Shown piece by piece: positions 27,595 to 38,421 of a stretch of DNA of 64,000 bases. The DNA is from a virus (lineage: Duplodnaviria; Caudoviricetes): positions 64,001-128,000 of the IMG/VR virus record IMGVR_UViG_3300032167_000004. The stretch is one strand, 5' to 3'. A program made the translations under genes and the position numbers. The notes under the pieces were generated by a model that ran no database searches, was not told the DNA's origin, and saw only the letters and a list, made by a program, of their open reading frames with translations. The number at the start of each line of letters is the position of its first letter. Within the stretch, counting starts at the first letter, position 1.

Positions 27595-30500
27595 TCAATT
27601 ATTTTGTGATCATGAATTAGGAATACATGGTGGTATTTTATTTGAGTATTCACCTGATAGAAAAGTTGTTATGAATGACTGTAGTCATTTTATATGTAAA
27701 AAATGTGGAAAGTCATATAAGGAAATAACTATGATAGATATTGACAAACTTTTAGATAGTAAACATGTTACTATAAGATTTTTTGGTACACTTGGTTTTT
27801 ATAATTCATGTATACATAGCAATCAGTGTGTAGATAATAGTTGTAAAAATTGTAGTTATACTAACTATTATGTCAGATTTAAAAATGGTAATAAACACAG
27901 ATTACCTGGTTTTATACAAGTAATCTTAAGAAAGATATGGAGTTAATTATATGAGTAGTTTTGGTGATGGTAATGTTAAGACTAGGATTGAAGAAGAATT
28001 ATCTTGGATAGCAAAAAATTGCTATTCTGATAATTTCTCTGAAGATAATGAAGCAAAAAAGAATTTTCTTTTAGATGTAATAGAAGTATTGACATATATT
28101 TGTGGTGAATAATATGGTTTTATGTAATGAAAAATGTTTACCATGTTGTGATTATTGCATTTATGTTATGACTGAACGCATTCCTTATAACGGAAAAATG
28201 ATAAACGGTAGACCTATTGGATGTTTTAAAAATCATGATGAGGAACATAATAAAATTGCTGAGTCATGTGGATATTGTAAAGATTTCCATTGTAGAAATA
28301 TGAAACTAAAACAATGTGTGGAGATTGAATATGTATAATCCTTGTCATGAATGTTATATTAGATATGATAGACAGTATACAGAAGATTGTGATAATACTT
28401 GTGAATATGCTCATGTGCTGAGTAAATTAAAACCTTATGGTTCAATAGATACTATTATTGAAATTTTAAAAGGTGATTCTTTTCCTTTAGTATTTATAGA
28501 TAAGGATCATCTTGATCGTACATATCATATTGTACAAGCTGCTAAAGATGGAATAATATAAGTAAGAGGTGAAGCTATGAGTGTATACATTTGCGAAAAA
28601 TGTGGATGTATAGATAATACTTCATTAGGTGGATATTGGAAAAATGCTTTGAGAAAAGAACCTAAAATGTGTTCAGAGTGTAATACTGGAGTTTGGCATA
28701 ATGAGTTTCCAAAGAAACATTGGACTGAATATGGAATCGAAACTCTATTAGAAATGGAATACAAACATGACGGTTCTATGATAAACGCATCTACATATTT
28801 AAAATCAATAGGAGAGATGTATTAACATGATAGAAGTTTTACATAATACTGAAAAAGAAAAAGTTATGGAGTTTATTAAAAATCCTGTATTGGTTTCTGG
28901 TCGTAATAGAATGGGTTGTAATGAAAATTGGTATAATCCATATTATGCTATTAAGGAAACCTTTAGTCTACAGGAGATAACTTTAATGTCAACTGAAGAA
29001 GTTAGTAATTTAGTAAAGTTAGCTGGAGCTATTGGTGAAGCTTTATATTAACGGAGATAATTATGAGGAATTTACATATAGAAAATAGTTATAATATTTG
29101 GAGCATATCTAAAATGAAATCTATTATAGATGAGGAATGTGTAACATCATATTATTCAGATCTTCCAAAATTATATTTGAATAGAACATATCTGTCTATG
29201 TATATTGAATGGTGGTTACATAATATCGGATATTATATTACAAAACCATTTTGCTTTATTAAACGAATTGAAAAGATTAATTTAAGATGTAAAGATGTTG
29301 ATATTAATGAATGGGTGGAATATATGGCTAAAAAAGATAAAGTTATTATAGAAGGTAAAGAAATCAATACACTATATGAAGCATATATTTGGCTTAAAGA
29401 AGCCTGGATGTATGAACCGTATAATATATCTTATAGTGAATACGGGAATAAGGATTCTGATTTTTATTATGAAGTTATTAATATCGAATCAACTAAAGAA
29501 TTTGATGGTTGGGATTTTTACATCTATGATCTAGAACAATTTGAGAGTTTTATAGATAAAAATTAAAGAGGAAATTTTTATGGAAGAAATTATTTATCAA
29601 TTAAAATGTGTTCAAGAAAAACTTAAATTTATAAAATCTGAATATCCGTGTATTGAATTTGACATTGAAGTATTAGATGGATGTATTTCTCAACTTGAGA
29701 ATATTAATAAAAACGAGGATAAAAATATGGGTACTATTGTTAGAGAATATGAAACAAGGTATAATACCGGAGATGTAGTAATCTTTAGAAAAGACAACAA
29801 ATTACAAGTTGGTATTATTGAAGGTTACTATATTGATAATGATATTTTCTGGTTTAATATTAGAATATCTAAAGATGTGGTTTATACATACTCAAATCAT
29901 GGAGATGTTGGAGAATATGATATTATTGGTATTGTAGATGATACAACTAAAATGATTTGTAATGATATAATTACTAAGGATTTATTTTAAAGAGGAATAT
30001 TATATGAATAAAGCTATTCTAGTACTAAATATACCACGAAGTTGTATGGAATGTTCATTAAGATTTAGAGATGACCATTCAGATTTCTGTGGTGTAAATA
30101 TCAATGATAATCAATTAGAGGTTCATGAATTTATGTTAAAATTCACAAAACCTGATTCATGTCCATTAAAACCAATTCCAGAAAAATATGAAATTGACGA
30201 TACTATCCCACATGATAGAGATTGTGATTGGGAATATGAATATGGATATAATAAAGCTATTGATGATATTTTGGAATTAGAGGTAAAAGTATGTTAAGAT
30301 ACATATGTCCAGTATGTGGTAATGATTTAGAAGAATCGGAAGGTCTTGATAATACTGAGGTATTTCATTGTATAAATTGTGGATATACATATATGAGAAA
30401 GGTTTAAATATATGGGACTTTTTAAATGTAAACATAAGTGGCAAATTACTGAAAAGAGCAATGTGTTACAGTTGGATGAATTAGGGTATCCTCTTAGATT

Positions 30501-33500
30501 ATTTATTGTTAAATGTACTAAGTGTGGTAAAAGTGAGCATCAGTGGATTGATGTTGCTAAATCAGTATTAAATGAATTAGATACTGGTGAATCTGTATTA
30601 TTAAAATGGAGTAAAGTATAATGAAAATTTTAGTTAACGAACTACCATCAAAACCTGAAGAATGTATATTCTCTAGAGAAGAAATTGAACGTAGATTAAT
30701 TGATATTAATACTGGTAAGTTGATAACTGAATATATTCCGTATTGTATTATTGATTTAAAACAATGTGTTTTAAACTATGATAATGAATGTTGTAAATTA
30801 AAGAAGGTATAATTATGAATTTTATTATCATTAAAATCTTATGTACATTATTGGTGATTATAATGTGTTATTTCTTTATTACTGAGACAATAAAATATAT
30901 TAATAAAAAAGAATATGGATTTGCTTTAATCGGTATAGTTTTAACTATATATTATTTATATTCTGAATATAGATTATTAATAGAGGTTTAATTATGGCTA
31001 CAAAAATAACAGAATTAACTCCCATATTAGTTGAAAAAACTTGTGATAAATGTGGTGGCTATATAAGATTAGTCAAGGAATGTGATGATGGTTTCCATTT
31101 ATTAAGAAACACTAAATATTGGTATGAATATAAGTGTGAAAAATGTGGAGATACTATAGTCACAGAAAACCCAATAATATTGAGAACTATTAAATTTATA
31201 AATAAAGAGACAGATGAGAGTTATAAACTAATTCCAACTAATGGACTATTTATTCAAACATGATATAGGAGATAAAAAATAATGGTTTATATGAGTTTTA
31301 ATGATATTAAATATTATATTAATAAAAAATATCCTGGAAAATATACTGATGAAGAAATTGAGCTTATGCCTATTATAATAGTCAGTGAAACAGAATCAGT
31401 AGCATCACACATTCAGGATTCTATGATAACAGTTCAAAATACTAATGAAAAATCAAAATATGATTTTTGTGACCCTAGTATTCTACAGCCTTTACCTGCA
31501 GTAATATTTGTAGAAGCTTTTTAATATTAATATAAAATAGGAGAATTTTAATGGATAATCAAGATTTTTTAACAGGACTTATAACATATAGTTTACAAGA
31601 AGCACTTAAAAAATATGAAAATCCTGAAAGTGAAGTAAATAGAGTTTTATTTGAAGCTTTTAAACGAAGTGAAACTGTTTGGAAATCAATTAGAATACAT
31701 GGTTTAGAAACATATGGTTTAACTTATGAGCAATTTTGTAAACAATGTGAAGACAAACCAAATATTCTATTTTTATCTGATGATGAATTAAATGAATATT
31801 GTAAAGCAATGGAAATTATGAAATCAATAAAAAATATATTGGGGTAAATATGAAATTAAAAGATATTGTAAATTATATTAGAAGACCTTTTATAGTTATT
31901 ATTCCTGGTGAAAAGATTGATCATGATCAGGTACAAATGTTAGTTAAGATTGATAATAAATATTATGTCGGGCATACCATTCATGGTATAGAAGAAGATA
32001 TTGAAAATACTAGACCTGAAATAATGGATTATGAAATTGATGAATTATTATCTGTTAGAGATTATAAGGATAAATCAAGAATCGTTGTAAAATTCCTTAA
32101 ATGAAATATATAATGTATCATAGTAGGTTTTTATCTACTATGATACATATTTATAAAGAAAGAGGAGGATATATTATTATGAAAACTGTAGAATTTAATG
32201 AAAAACAAATTGATCGTATTGATGATGTTCATCATGCAGTATATGATTGTATTTTGAGTGTTATTGGAGTCGGGGTAAATAAAGAAGACTTTCCTTGGGA
32301 TATGAGTATCATTGGTCCAGTTACTGAAAATATTATCGGTACTTTGTTAGCTCATAGAGCAGTTGATAAAATTTATTTTCCTAGTAGAGTTCAGGAAAGA
32401 AATGGAGATATCCATATCGAAGATTATTATAAATTGGAAGATTAATATATGATGAAACTATCTAAATTTTTATATACATACCAAAATCGAAATGTTCAAA
32501 GAAATAGATATATCTATAGGATTGTTGATTTTAGAGATTTATCTAATTTTGTAGATGGTGATGGTGAATTTCTAACAGCTAAAGAGTTAAAAGAAAAATT
32601 ATCATCAGATTATAATTTTATAGATGAAATTCCTACTGAATTTATGGACTGTCCAGTATATAATATTACACCAGAGATTGATAATAATCAACTCTATTTA
32701 CGAATCGTTATAGTTTGAGAGGGGATTTAATAAATGTCTTATCCTAAAATTGATGAACGTATTGAAAAACATCTTAATGATTATACCTTTATAACTGCGT
32801 ATAAAGCTCTCGATGGAACAATTTTCTATGCTGATCAAGATGGAGCAATAGAAAAATTTAAAGAGCATAATAAGAAAATTATTATGGATTTGGAAAATCA
32901 AATGGGTGGCAATGTGTCAATTTATAGAGCAGATTATTTCTTTACAGGATATAAGAATGCATATGTTAAATTCCACAATGCTATTGGAAAAACTCAGTTT
33001 ATTACTTGGTGTAAATATAATAAAATTAGTCTAAAAAATAAAGATGATATCATTGATATATTAGAATTTGAAAAATGGTATGGTGTCAGTATGAGCGGTA
33101 ATATGTATCAATTGCAAACAATTGATATTGAAGAATATTTGACTAAATTTAATGAATTAAAGTATAACTTAGATAATGCTAATAAAAATGAAGTATTTGT
33201 GTAGGAGTAATACTTATGAAGGAAATTAAAGTAAATATAGCAGTATCATTTGATGGTAAAGAATTTTATGGTAATAACCGTAAAGAAGAATGTAAAGCTT
33301 ATGAACAAGAAATTATTAATAGTATCGAAAAAGAAATGTGTAATCATGTAATTATTTACCATAAAGACGTAATGTTAGGTTATGATTATCATGATGCTCA
33401 TATTTGTTTTATTACAGAATATGGTAAAGAATTATTTAATAATTGGTGTCTTGCTAATTCTATTAGAATGGATTTAACACATTTAAGTAGTTTGGAACTT

Positions 33501-33668
33501 AATAAATGGTATCATATTTACGATAATGATGGATATTCATATTATTTTAGTTCCACTAGTTTAGATGAATTAATTGTTAAATATAACAAACTTTATCATA
33601 CTTTAAATGATAAAGGTAAGCATCATATGAATGGTGAATCTGTAAGTAGTCCTTTTATTACAGATTAA
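27584..33668 (+). CDS. Run of about 20 small hypothetical genes, many Cys-rich or Zn-ribbon (e.g. 27584, 28102, 28331, 28577, 28827, 29063, 29580, 30004, 30412, 30621, 30994, 31282, 31551, 31850, 32179, 32449, 32734, 33216)
   Basis: Densely packed co-directional ORFs with RBSs; no confident functions. Confidence 0.55.
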
Positions 33669-33690
33669 TTTATGTTTAGAGGAGAATAAA

Positions 33691-34272
33691 ATGATTTTAA
33701 GTGGTAAACAAATTTTAAAAGAAATGGAAACTGGTAATATTGGAATTACTCCTTTTAATATTAATCAGTTAAATCCTAATAGTTATAATCTTAAGTTAGC
33801 TAATGAATTATTAGTTTATGATATTCCAAGGATTGAGAACGCTAGAGGATTTGGTAATGAGTTTGTAACTACTGACTATACAACACTTCAACCTTTAGAT
33901 ATGCATAAAGATAATCCTACTAGGACAATTAGAATTCCTGAAGAAGGATATGTATTATATCCTGGAATGCTTTATCTTGGTAAAACAGTAGAGTTCACAG
34001 AGACACATAATTTTATTCCTTGTGTTGAAGGCAGAAGTTCTATTGGTAGACTTGGTATTAATATTCATATTACTGCAGGACTCGGTCAAGTTGGATTTGC
34101 TGGACATTTTGTACTCGAAATTAGTGTAGTACAACCTGTAAGAATTTATCCTAATAGTGAAATCTGTCAGATTTATTATCATGAAATTAAGGGTGAAATC
34201 GAAGAATATAAAGGAAAATATCAAAATCAAACTGACACTGTCGGTTCTCGTATTTATGAGGAATGTAAATAA
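33691..34272 (+). CDS. dcd: dCTP deaminase
   Basis: MILS...QLNPNSYNL, EGRSSIGRLG, GFAG..LEI, ICQI, Y.GKYQNQ motifs of the trimeric dCTP deaminase family. Confidence 0.9.
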   Translation: MILSGKQILKEMETGNIGITPFNINQLNPNSYNLKLANELLVYDIPRIENARGFGNEFVTTDYTTLQPLDMHKDNPTRTIRIPEEGYVLYPGMLYLGKTVEFTETHNFIPCVEGRSSIGRLGINIHITAGLGQVGFAGHFVLEISVVQPVRIYPNSEICQIYYHEIKGEIEEYKGKYQNQTDTVGSRIYEECK

Positions 34273-34692
34273 TGAAATTAAAAGAATTTAATTTTAATGA
34301 TATTAAGCTTGTAGGTCCAACCGGTCTTTGTATTCGTAAAGATGGTGTAAATTATGAGGGTTTTATCGGAGAAGTTTTAAATAAAATTCCTATTGAATTC
34401 GCAGAACTTGAAATCAAAGAAACCAGATGGTATTTTAATATTTTTGTAATTGAATTATAAGAGGTATATTATGAATATCTTTAGATTTTTCAACGATCAT
34501 AATTATAGATTTTCTCAATATCCATCTTGTGATCATTTAAATTGTGCATTGAATATATTGCTTCAAGATCCTATGAAAAATAGAGTTGCTATTGAAGAAA
34601 TTTGTTATGCAGTAGTTAAAGCTGATGGATATTTTTATGATTATATAAAAGAAAAATTAATTGAGCATGGATATAGTAGATTTGTGAAATAA
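34272..34692 (+). CDS. Two small hypothetical genes (34272-34460, 34471-34692)
   Basis: RBS-preceded ORFs before bidirectional terminator. Confidence 0.55.
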
Positions 34693-34693
34693 T

Positions 34694-34729
34694 TTGTCCC
34701 CATACAGGTAAATTCCTGTATGGGGACAA
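34694..34729. terminator. Bidirectional terminator between convergent genes
   Basis: TTGTCCCCATACAGG/CCTGTATGGGGACAA. Confidence 0.8.
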
Positions 34730-34738
34730 TTTTTTTAT

Positions 34739-36919
34739 TTAATCACATTTACTATATCCACAATTTTTACATTCAATACAACCATTATTATGAATCATAG
34801 GTTCATTACATTTAGGACATCTAGGACCATTACTCTTCTCTTCTTTTTTTTCTCCCATTAATTCCTTCTGCATTTCCAATAATGCTTTACCAACAGCAGT
34901 AGGACAACATGCACCAGGAGAAGTATCATTCTTAGTAGCTTTTCTAACTGCATAAGAAGGACATACACCACAAGAATTTAATTGATCTACAATATCATCT
35001 GTAGTAACTCCAGCACGAGCACTTAAACTAATCATACGGCTTAATCCAATCATGAAATTATTACAGCCACCTGTGGAACCTTTACTCAGATAAACTTCAC
35101 GAAGATCCTTAGTTTTAGCATCAAAATATGCTAAACAATGTAAAGAACCACAACCAGTAATCAGCTTACGTTTCATACCAATCATTTCATTAGTTGCAGC
35201 AACTACATGACCTCTAGTTTCTTCAACTTTAGTTTCATTCTTAGGTTTGTCTGTTTCTAGTACAGCATCTCTAGCACAACCTGCTCTGTAGATTGTAATA
35301 CCTTTTAATCCTGCTTTCCAGGCTTCCATATAAATATTCTCAACATCTTCAACTGTACATTCATTAGGAAGATTAATTGTAGAAGAAATGGAAGCATCAA
35401 TCCATTTTTGCCAAGCAGCTTGACACCCAATTCTATCTAAAGGTTTAATATCAGAAGCAACAACAAACTTAGAAGGTAATTCTTCTTCAGTAACATTATG
35501 TCTTTTCATATACTCTGCCACAATAGGAGTATACACTTTATAATAAACTTCTTTTCCACCATGTAAGCTAATAGTTTTTCTAGTATAAGAATTTGCAAAA
35601 ATAGGCTCAATACCACCACTTATACCTAATAAGTTGGAAATAGTACCAGTAGGTGCAATAGTTAATAACTGGGAATTTCTTAAATGTTTAGTTTCAATAC
35701 CTAACTCTTTAATCATAGGAGAACTATTAACAGCTTCCATATTATATGCTTCATAAGCACCAAATTCTCCACCAAGTTCATCAGAAGCTAAAACAGCAGT
35801 TTTAAACATTTCTTTTGCAACTTTTTCACAGAATTTATTGGCAGTTTTAGAACCATATACATATCCTAATTTAATCAGACAATCTGCTAAACCAAAAATA
35901 CCACATCCAATTTGTCTCCACTTACCAACACTACGTTTCTGTTCTTCAAGAGGATGTAATTCTAATCCTTCATCTAATACTTCATTAGAAGCTCTAACAA
36001 CAATTTTGACAGCTCTTCTAAATTCATTCATATCAAATTTTGCCTTATCAGTAAAAGGATTAGTTACAAATTCAGACAGATTAATAGCAGAGAGGAGGCA
36101 TGACCCGCCAGCCGGAAGGGGCTCCTCCGCACAGGGATTAACTCCAGCATATTCAAAATTAGGATCATTCACTAACATATTATTATTAGTAATATTATCC
36201 CAGAATAACATACCAGGTTCAGCATAATCCCAATTATTTTTACATAAAGTATTAAATAACTCTTTAGCTTTGATTACCTTTTCAATTTTTTCACCAGTTT
36301 CAGGTCTAGTGAATGATAATGTGAAATCTTCATTATTTTTAACAGCTTGCATAAATTTATCAGTCACTCTAACTGAAATATTAGCATTATTAATTTTATG
36401 TAAATCGGATTTAACTTTTACAAATTCAAATATATCAGGATGCCATACCGGAATAGAAATCATAGATGCGCCTCTACGTTGGTTCTGGCCAATTATACCA
36501 GTAGTAATATCATATAGATCCATAAATGATACTGCACCAGTAGATGCTTTAGCAGCATTATTAACTTTAGCACCTCTAGGAGCGAGTTTTCCAACGTCCA
36601 CGCCACAGCCTCCCCCATACGAGAAAGTTCGTGCTAATTTCTTTGCTGCCTCAAAAATACTTTCAATATTATCCTCAGGAGGTTCAATAACATAGCAATT
36701 GGAATAGGTTTTCTTACCTTTAATACCTCTATTGGCAAGAATTCTACCACCAAATAAGAATTTCTTTTCTTTAATTAATTCTCTAACTTCTATATTTCCA
36801 CCGCTAACACGGTCTAACCATTCTTCAAAAGTTTCATTATTATATTGATATTTCTTTTTCCAAATATCAATACCAAGTTGATTATCATTACCCAACCATT
36901 CTTGAAGTTCCATAGACAT
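34739..36919 (-). CDS. nrdJ: Class II (adenosylcobalamin-dependent) ribonucleotide reductase
   Basis: SNCYV, GGGCG, RRGA, NPCAEEP active site, IAPTGTIS, C-terminal TSCPD-like domain and Zn ribbon; no tyrosine radical-transfer pair. Confidence 0.92.
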   Translation of the reverse strand: MSMELQEWLGNDNQLGIDIWKKKYQYNNETFEEWLDRVSGGNIEVRELIKEKKFLFGGRILANRGIKGKKTYSNCYVIEPPEDNIESIFEAAKKLARTFSYGGGCGVDVGKLAPRGAKVNNAAKASTGAVSFMDLYDITTGIIGQNQRRGASMISIPVWHPDIFEFVKVKSDLHKINNANISVRVTDKFMQAVKNNEDFTLSFTRPETGEKIEKVIKAKELFNTLCKNNWDYAEPGMLFWDNITNNNMLVNDPNFEYAGVNPCAEEPLPAGGSCLLSAINLSEFVTNPFTDKAKFDMNEFRRAVKIVVRASNEVLDEGLELHPLEEQKRSVGKWRQIGCGIFGLADCLIKLGYVYGSKTANKFCEKVAKEMFKTAVLASDELGGEFGAYEAYNMEAVNSSPMIKELGIETKHLRNSQLLTIAPTGTISNLLGISGGIEPIFANSYTRKTISLHGGKEVYYKVYTPIVAEYMKRHNVTEEELPSKFVVASDIKPLDRIGCQAAWQKWIDASISSTINLPNECTVEDVENIYMEAWKAGLKGITIYRAGCARDAVLETDKPKNETKVEETRGHVVAATNEMIGMKRKLITGCGSLHCLAYFDAKTKDLREVYLSKGSTGGCNNFMIGLSRMISLSARAGVTTDDIVDQLNSCGVCPSYAVRKATKNDTSPGACCPTAVGKALLEMQKELMGEKKEEKSNGPRCPKCNEPMIHNNGCIECKNCGYSKCD

Positions 36920-36962
36920 TATTTCTCCTTAAAAATATAAAATTAATTAAAAAATTGCTATT

Positions 36963-37044
36963 TATAAATTTGTTTTTACTATAATTAAAAGTAGTTTGAA
37001 ATAGTTTATAATAAGGATTTTCTTATTATAACAACATTTTTATA
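36963..37044. promoter_or_regulatory. Divergent late-type motifs (minus 36963-36974; plus 37033-37044)
   Basis: AACA-N6-TA on each strand facing nrdJ and the 37077 ORF. Confidence 0.55.
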
Positions 37045-37076
37045 AATAATAAAGATTATTTATAAGAGGTGAAATT

Positions 37077-38318
37077 ATGAGAGAATATACTGTATCTCAA
37101 ACATCTTTAGCTCATACATATGGAAATGTTACTTGTCAAATAGTTGACTATTTAAAAAAGATGTTTCCTGAAGGATATTTTAAAACAGTACATGTAAGTT
37201 CTACAATTGCATATAGACAATTTAATGTATTTCAAAATTCTAATAAAGAATTTTTAAAGAAAAGTAAACCTATGTTAATTATTAGACCTAGAATAGAAAT
37301 AAATGATTCAGATACATTCTTATACAATACGTATATGACCACTAGAATGACTGATAATTTTATGGATACTTCGTTCACTAATTTACAACCATTTATTGAA
37401 GATAATGAACGAGGAAACTGTATGAAATTTTTATTGAATAGATTAAAAATGTTATTTGATGTTACTATAATAAATGAAACACAAATAGAGCAATTAAATA
37501 TTGCTCATTTCTTTAAAAATAGAGTAAGACAGGATGCTCCTTTCTTTATTCAGACTTCATTAGAAAGTTATATTCCTAGGGAATTAATGAGAGTTATGTC
37601 AGAAGATGTCGGTATTCCAATGTATGATGAAAATGGTTCTATTGCTAATTTTTTAAATTATGTAAATGGTGTATCTGTATATCCAATTACATATAAAATG
37701 AAAAATAGTAGTGGTAATGACGAATTCTTTAGACATTATCCTGTTAATATTGATACTATAATTCAAGGATTAAGTATTGATGATGGTAGTAAAAAAGGAT
37801 TTGTATCCGATGCATTTACTACTTCGTTCACTGTATCTACTGAATTTAATTCCGCAGGTTTATATTATTATTTTGCGTATACGCCTAATCTTATTGAAAA
37901 ATTAGATGTTAATTTGAATGAGACTAGTGATAATAGAATTATTCCTCTATTTACTATTAATAATTTAGATGAAAAAAGACCTGGAGATGGTTGGAATGTC
38001 TACACCGCTCCTATTTATAAAACTACAGAAAAACCTGATATAACTGAATTTGGTACATTGATGAATAATAGTATGACTGCTGTTATTAAGTATCATAAAG
38101 ATCATAATATTCCTTTAAGTGTATTTATGAGATATAGAGTTACTAAAGATAATGTAGATTTAAGAGATAAAGTGGATTATTCTATTGATTTTGATAAGTA
38201 TACTCTAACTACATATAATTGTAACCATAGTTCTACATATAGATTTATTTTATATGTGAATACGCTATATATTAATGAATTAATTAATGACATCTTAGAA
38301 TTATCTGAAGAGAAATAA
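37077..38318 (+). CDS. Conserved jumbo-phage protein, probably virion/tail associated
   Basis: 413 aa, GAGGTG RBS, late motif upstream, terminator 38322-38350. Confidence 0.5.
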   Translation: MREYTVSQTSLAHTYGNVTCQIVDYLKKMFPEGYFKTVHVSSTIAYRQFNVFQNSNKEFLKKSKPMLIIRPRIEINDSDTFLYNTYMTTRMTDNFMDTSFTNLQPFIEDNERGNCMKFLLNRLKMLFDVTIINETQIEQLNIAHFFKNRVRQDAPFFIQTSLESYIPRELMRVMSEDVGIPMYDENGSIANFLNYVNGVSVYPITYKMKNSSGNDEFFRHYPVNIDTIIQGLSIDDGSKKGFVSDAFTTSFTVSTEFNSAGLYYYFAYTPNLIEKLDVNLNETSDNRIIPLFTINNLDEKRPGDGWNVYTAPIYKTTEKPDITEFGTLMNNSMTAVIKYHKDHNIPLSVFMRYRVTKDNVDLRDKVDYSIDFDKYTLTTYNCNHSSTYRFILYVNTLYINELINDILELSEEK

Positions 38319-38367
38319 TTAATGAGGTATAGGATTATCCTATACCTCATATTTTAATTTCATTTAT

Positions 38368-38380
38368 AAATATATATTAT
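38368..38380 (+). promoter_or_regulatory. Early promoter motif upstream of ppk1
   Basis: AAATATATATTAT. Confidence 0.7.
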
Positions 38381-38421
38381 TATAGTATATAAAATAAAAA
38401 TATTTGAAAGGTGTTAAAATT

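Noticed and set aside
35838-36695. Plus-strand ORFs inside nrdJ, and similar short antisense or out-of-frame ORFs inside other long genes
   Set aside because: Shadow frames of real genes; no RBS or protein-like features
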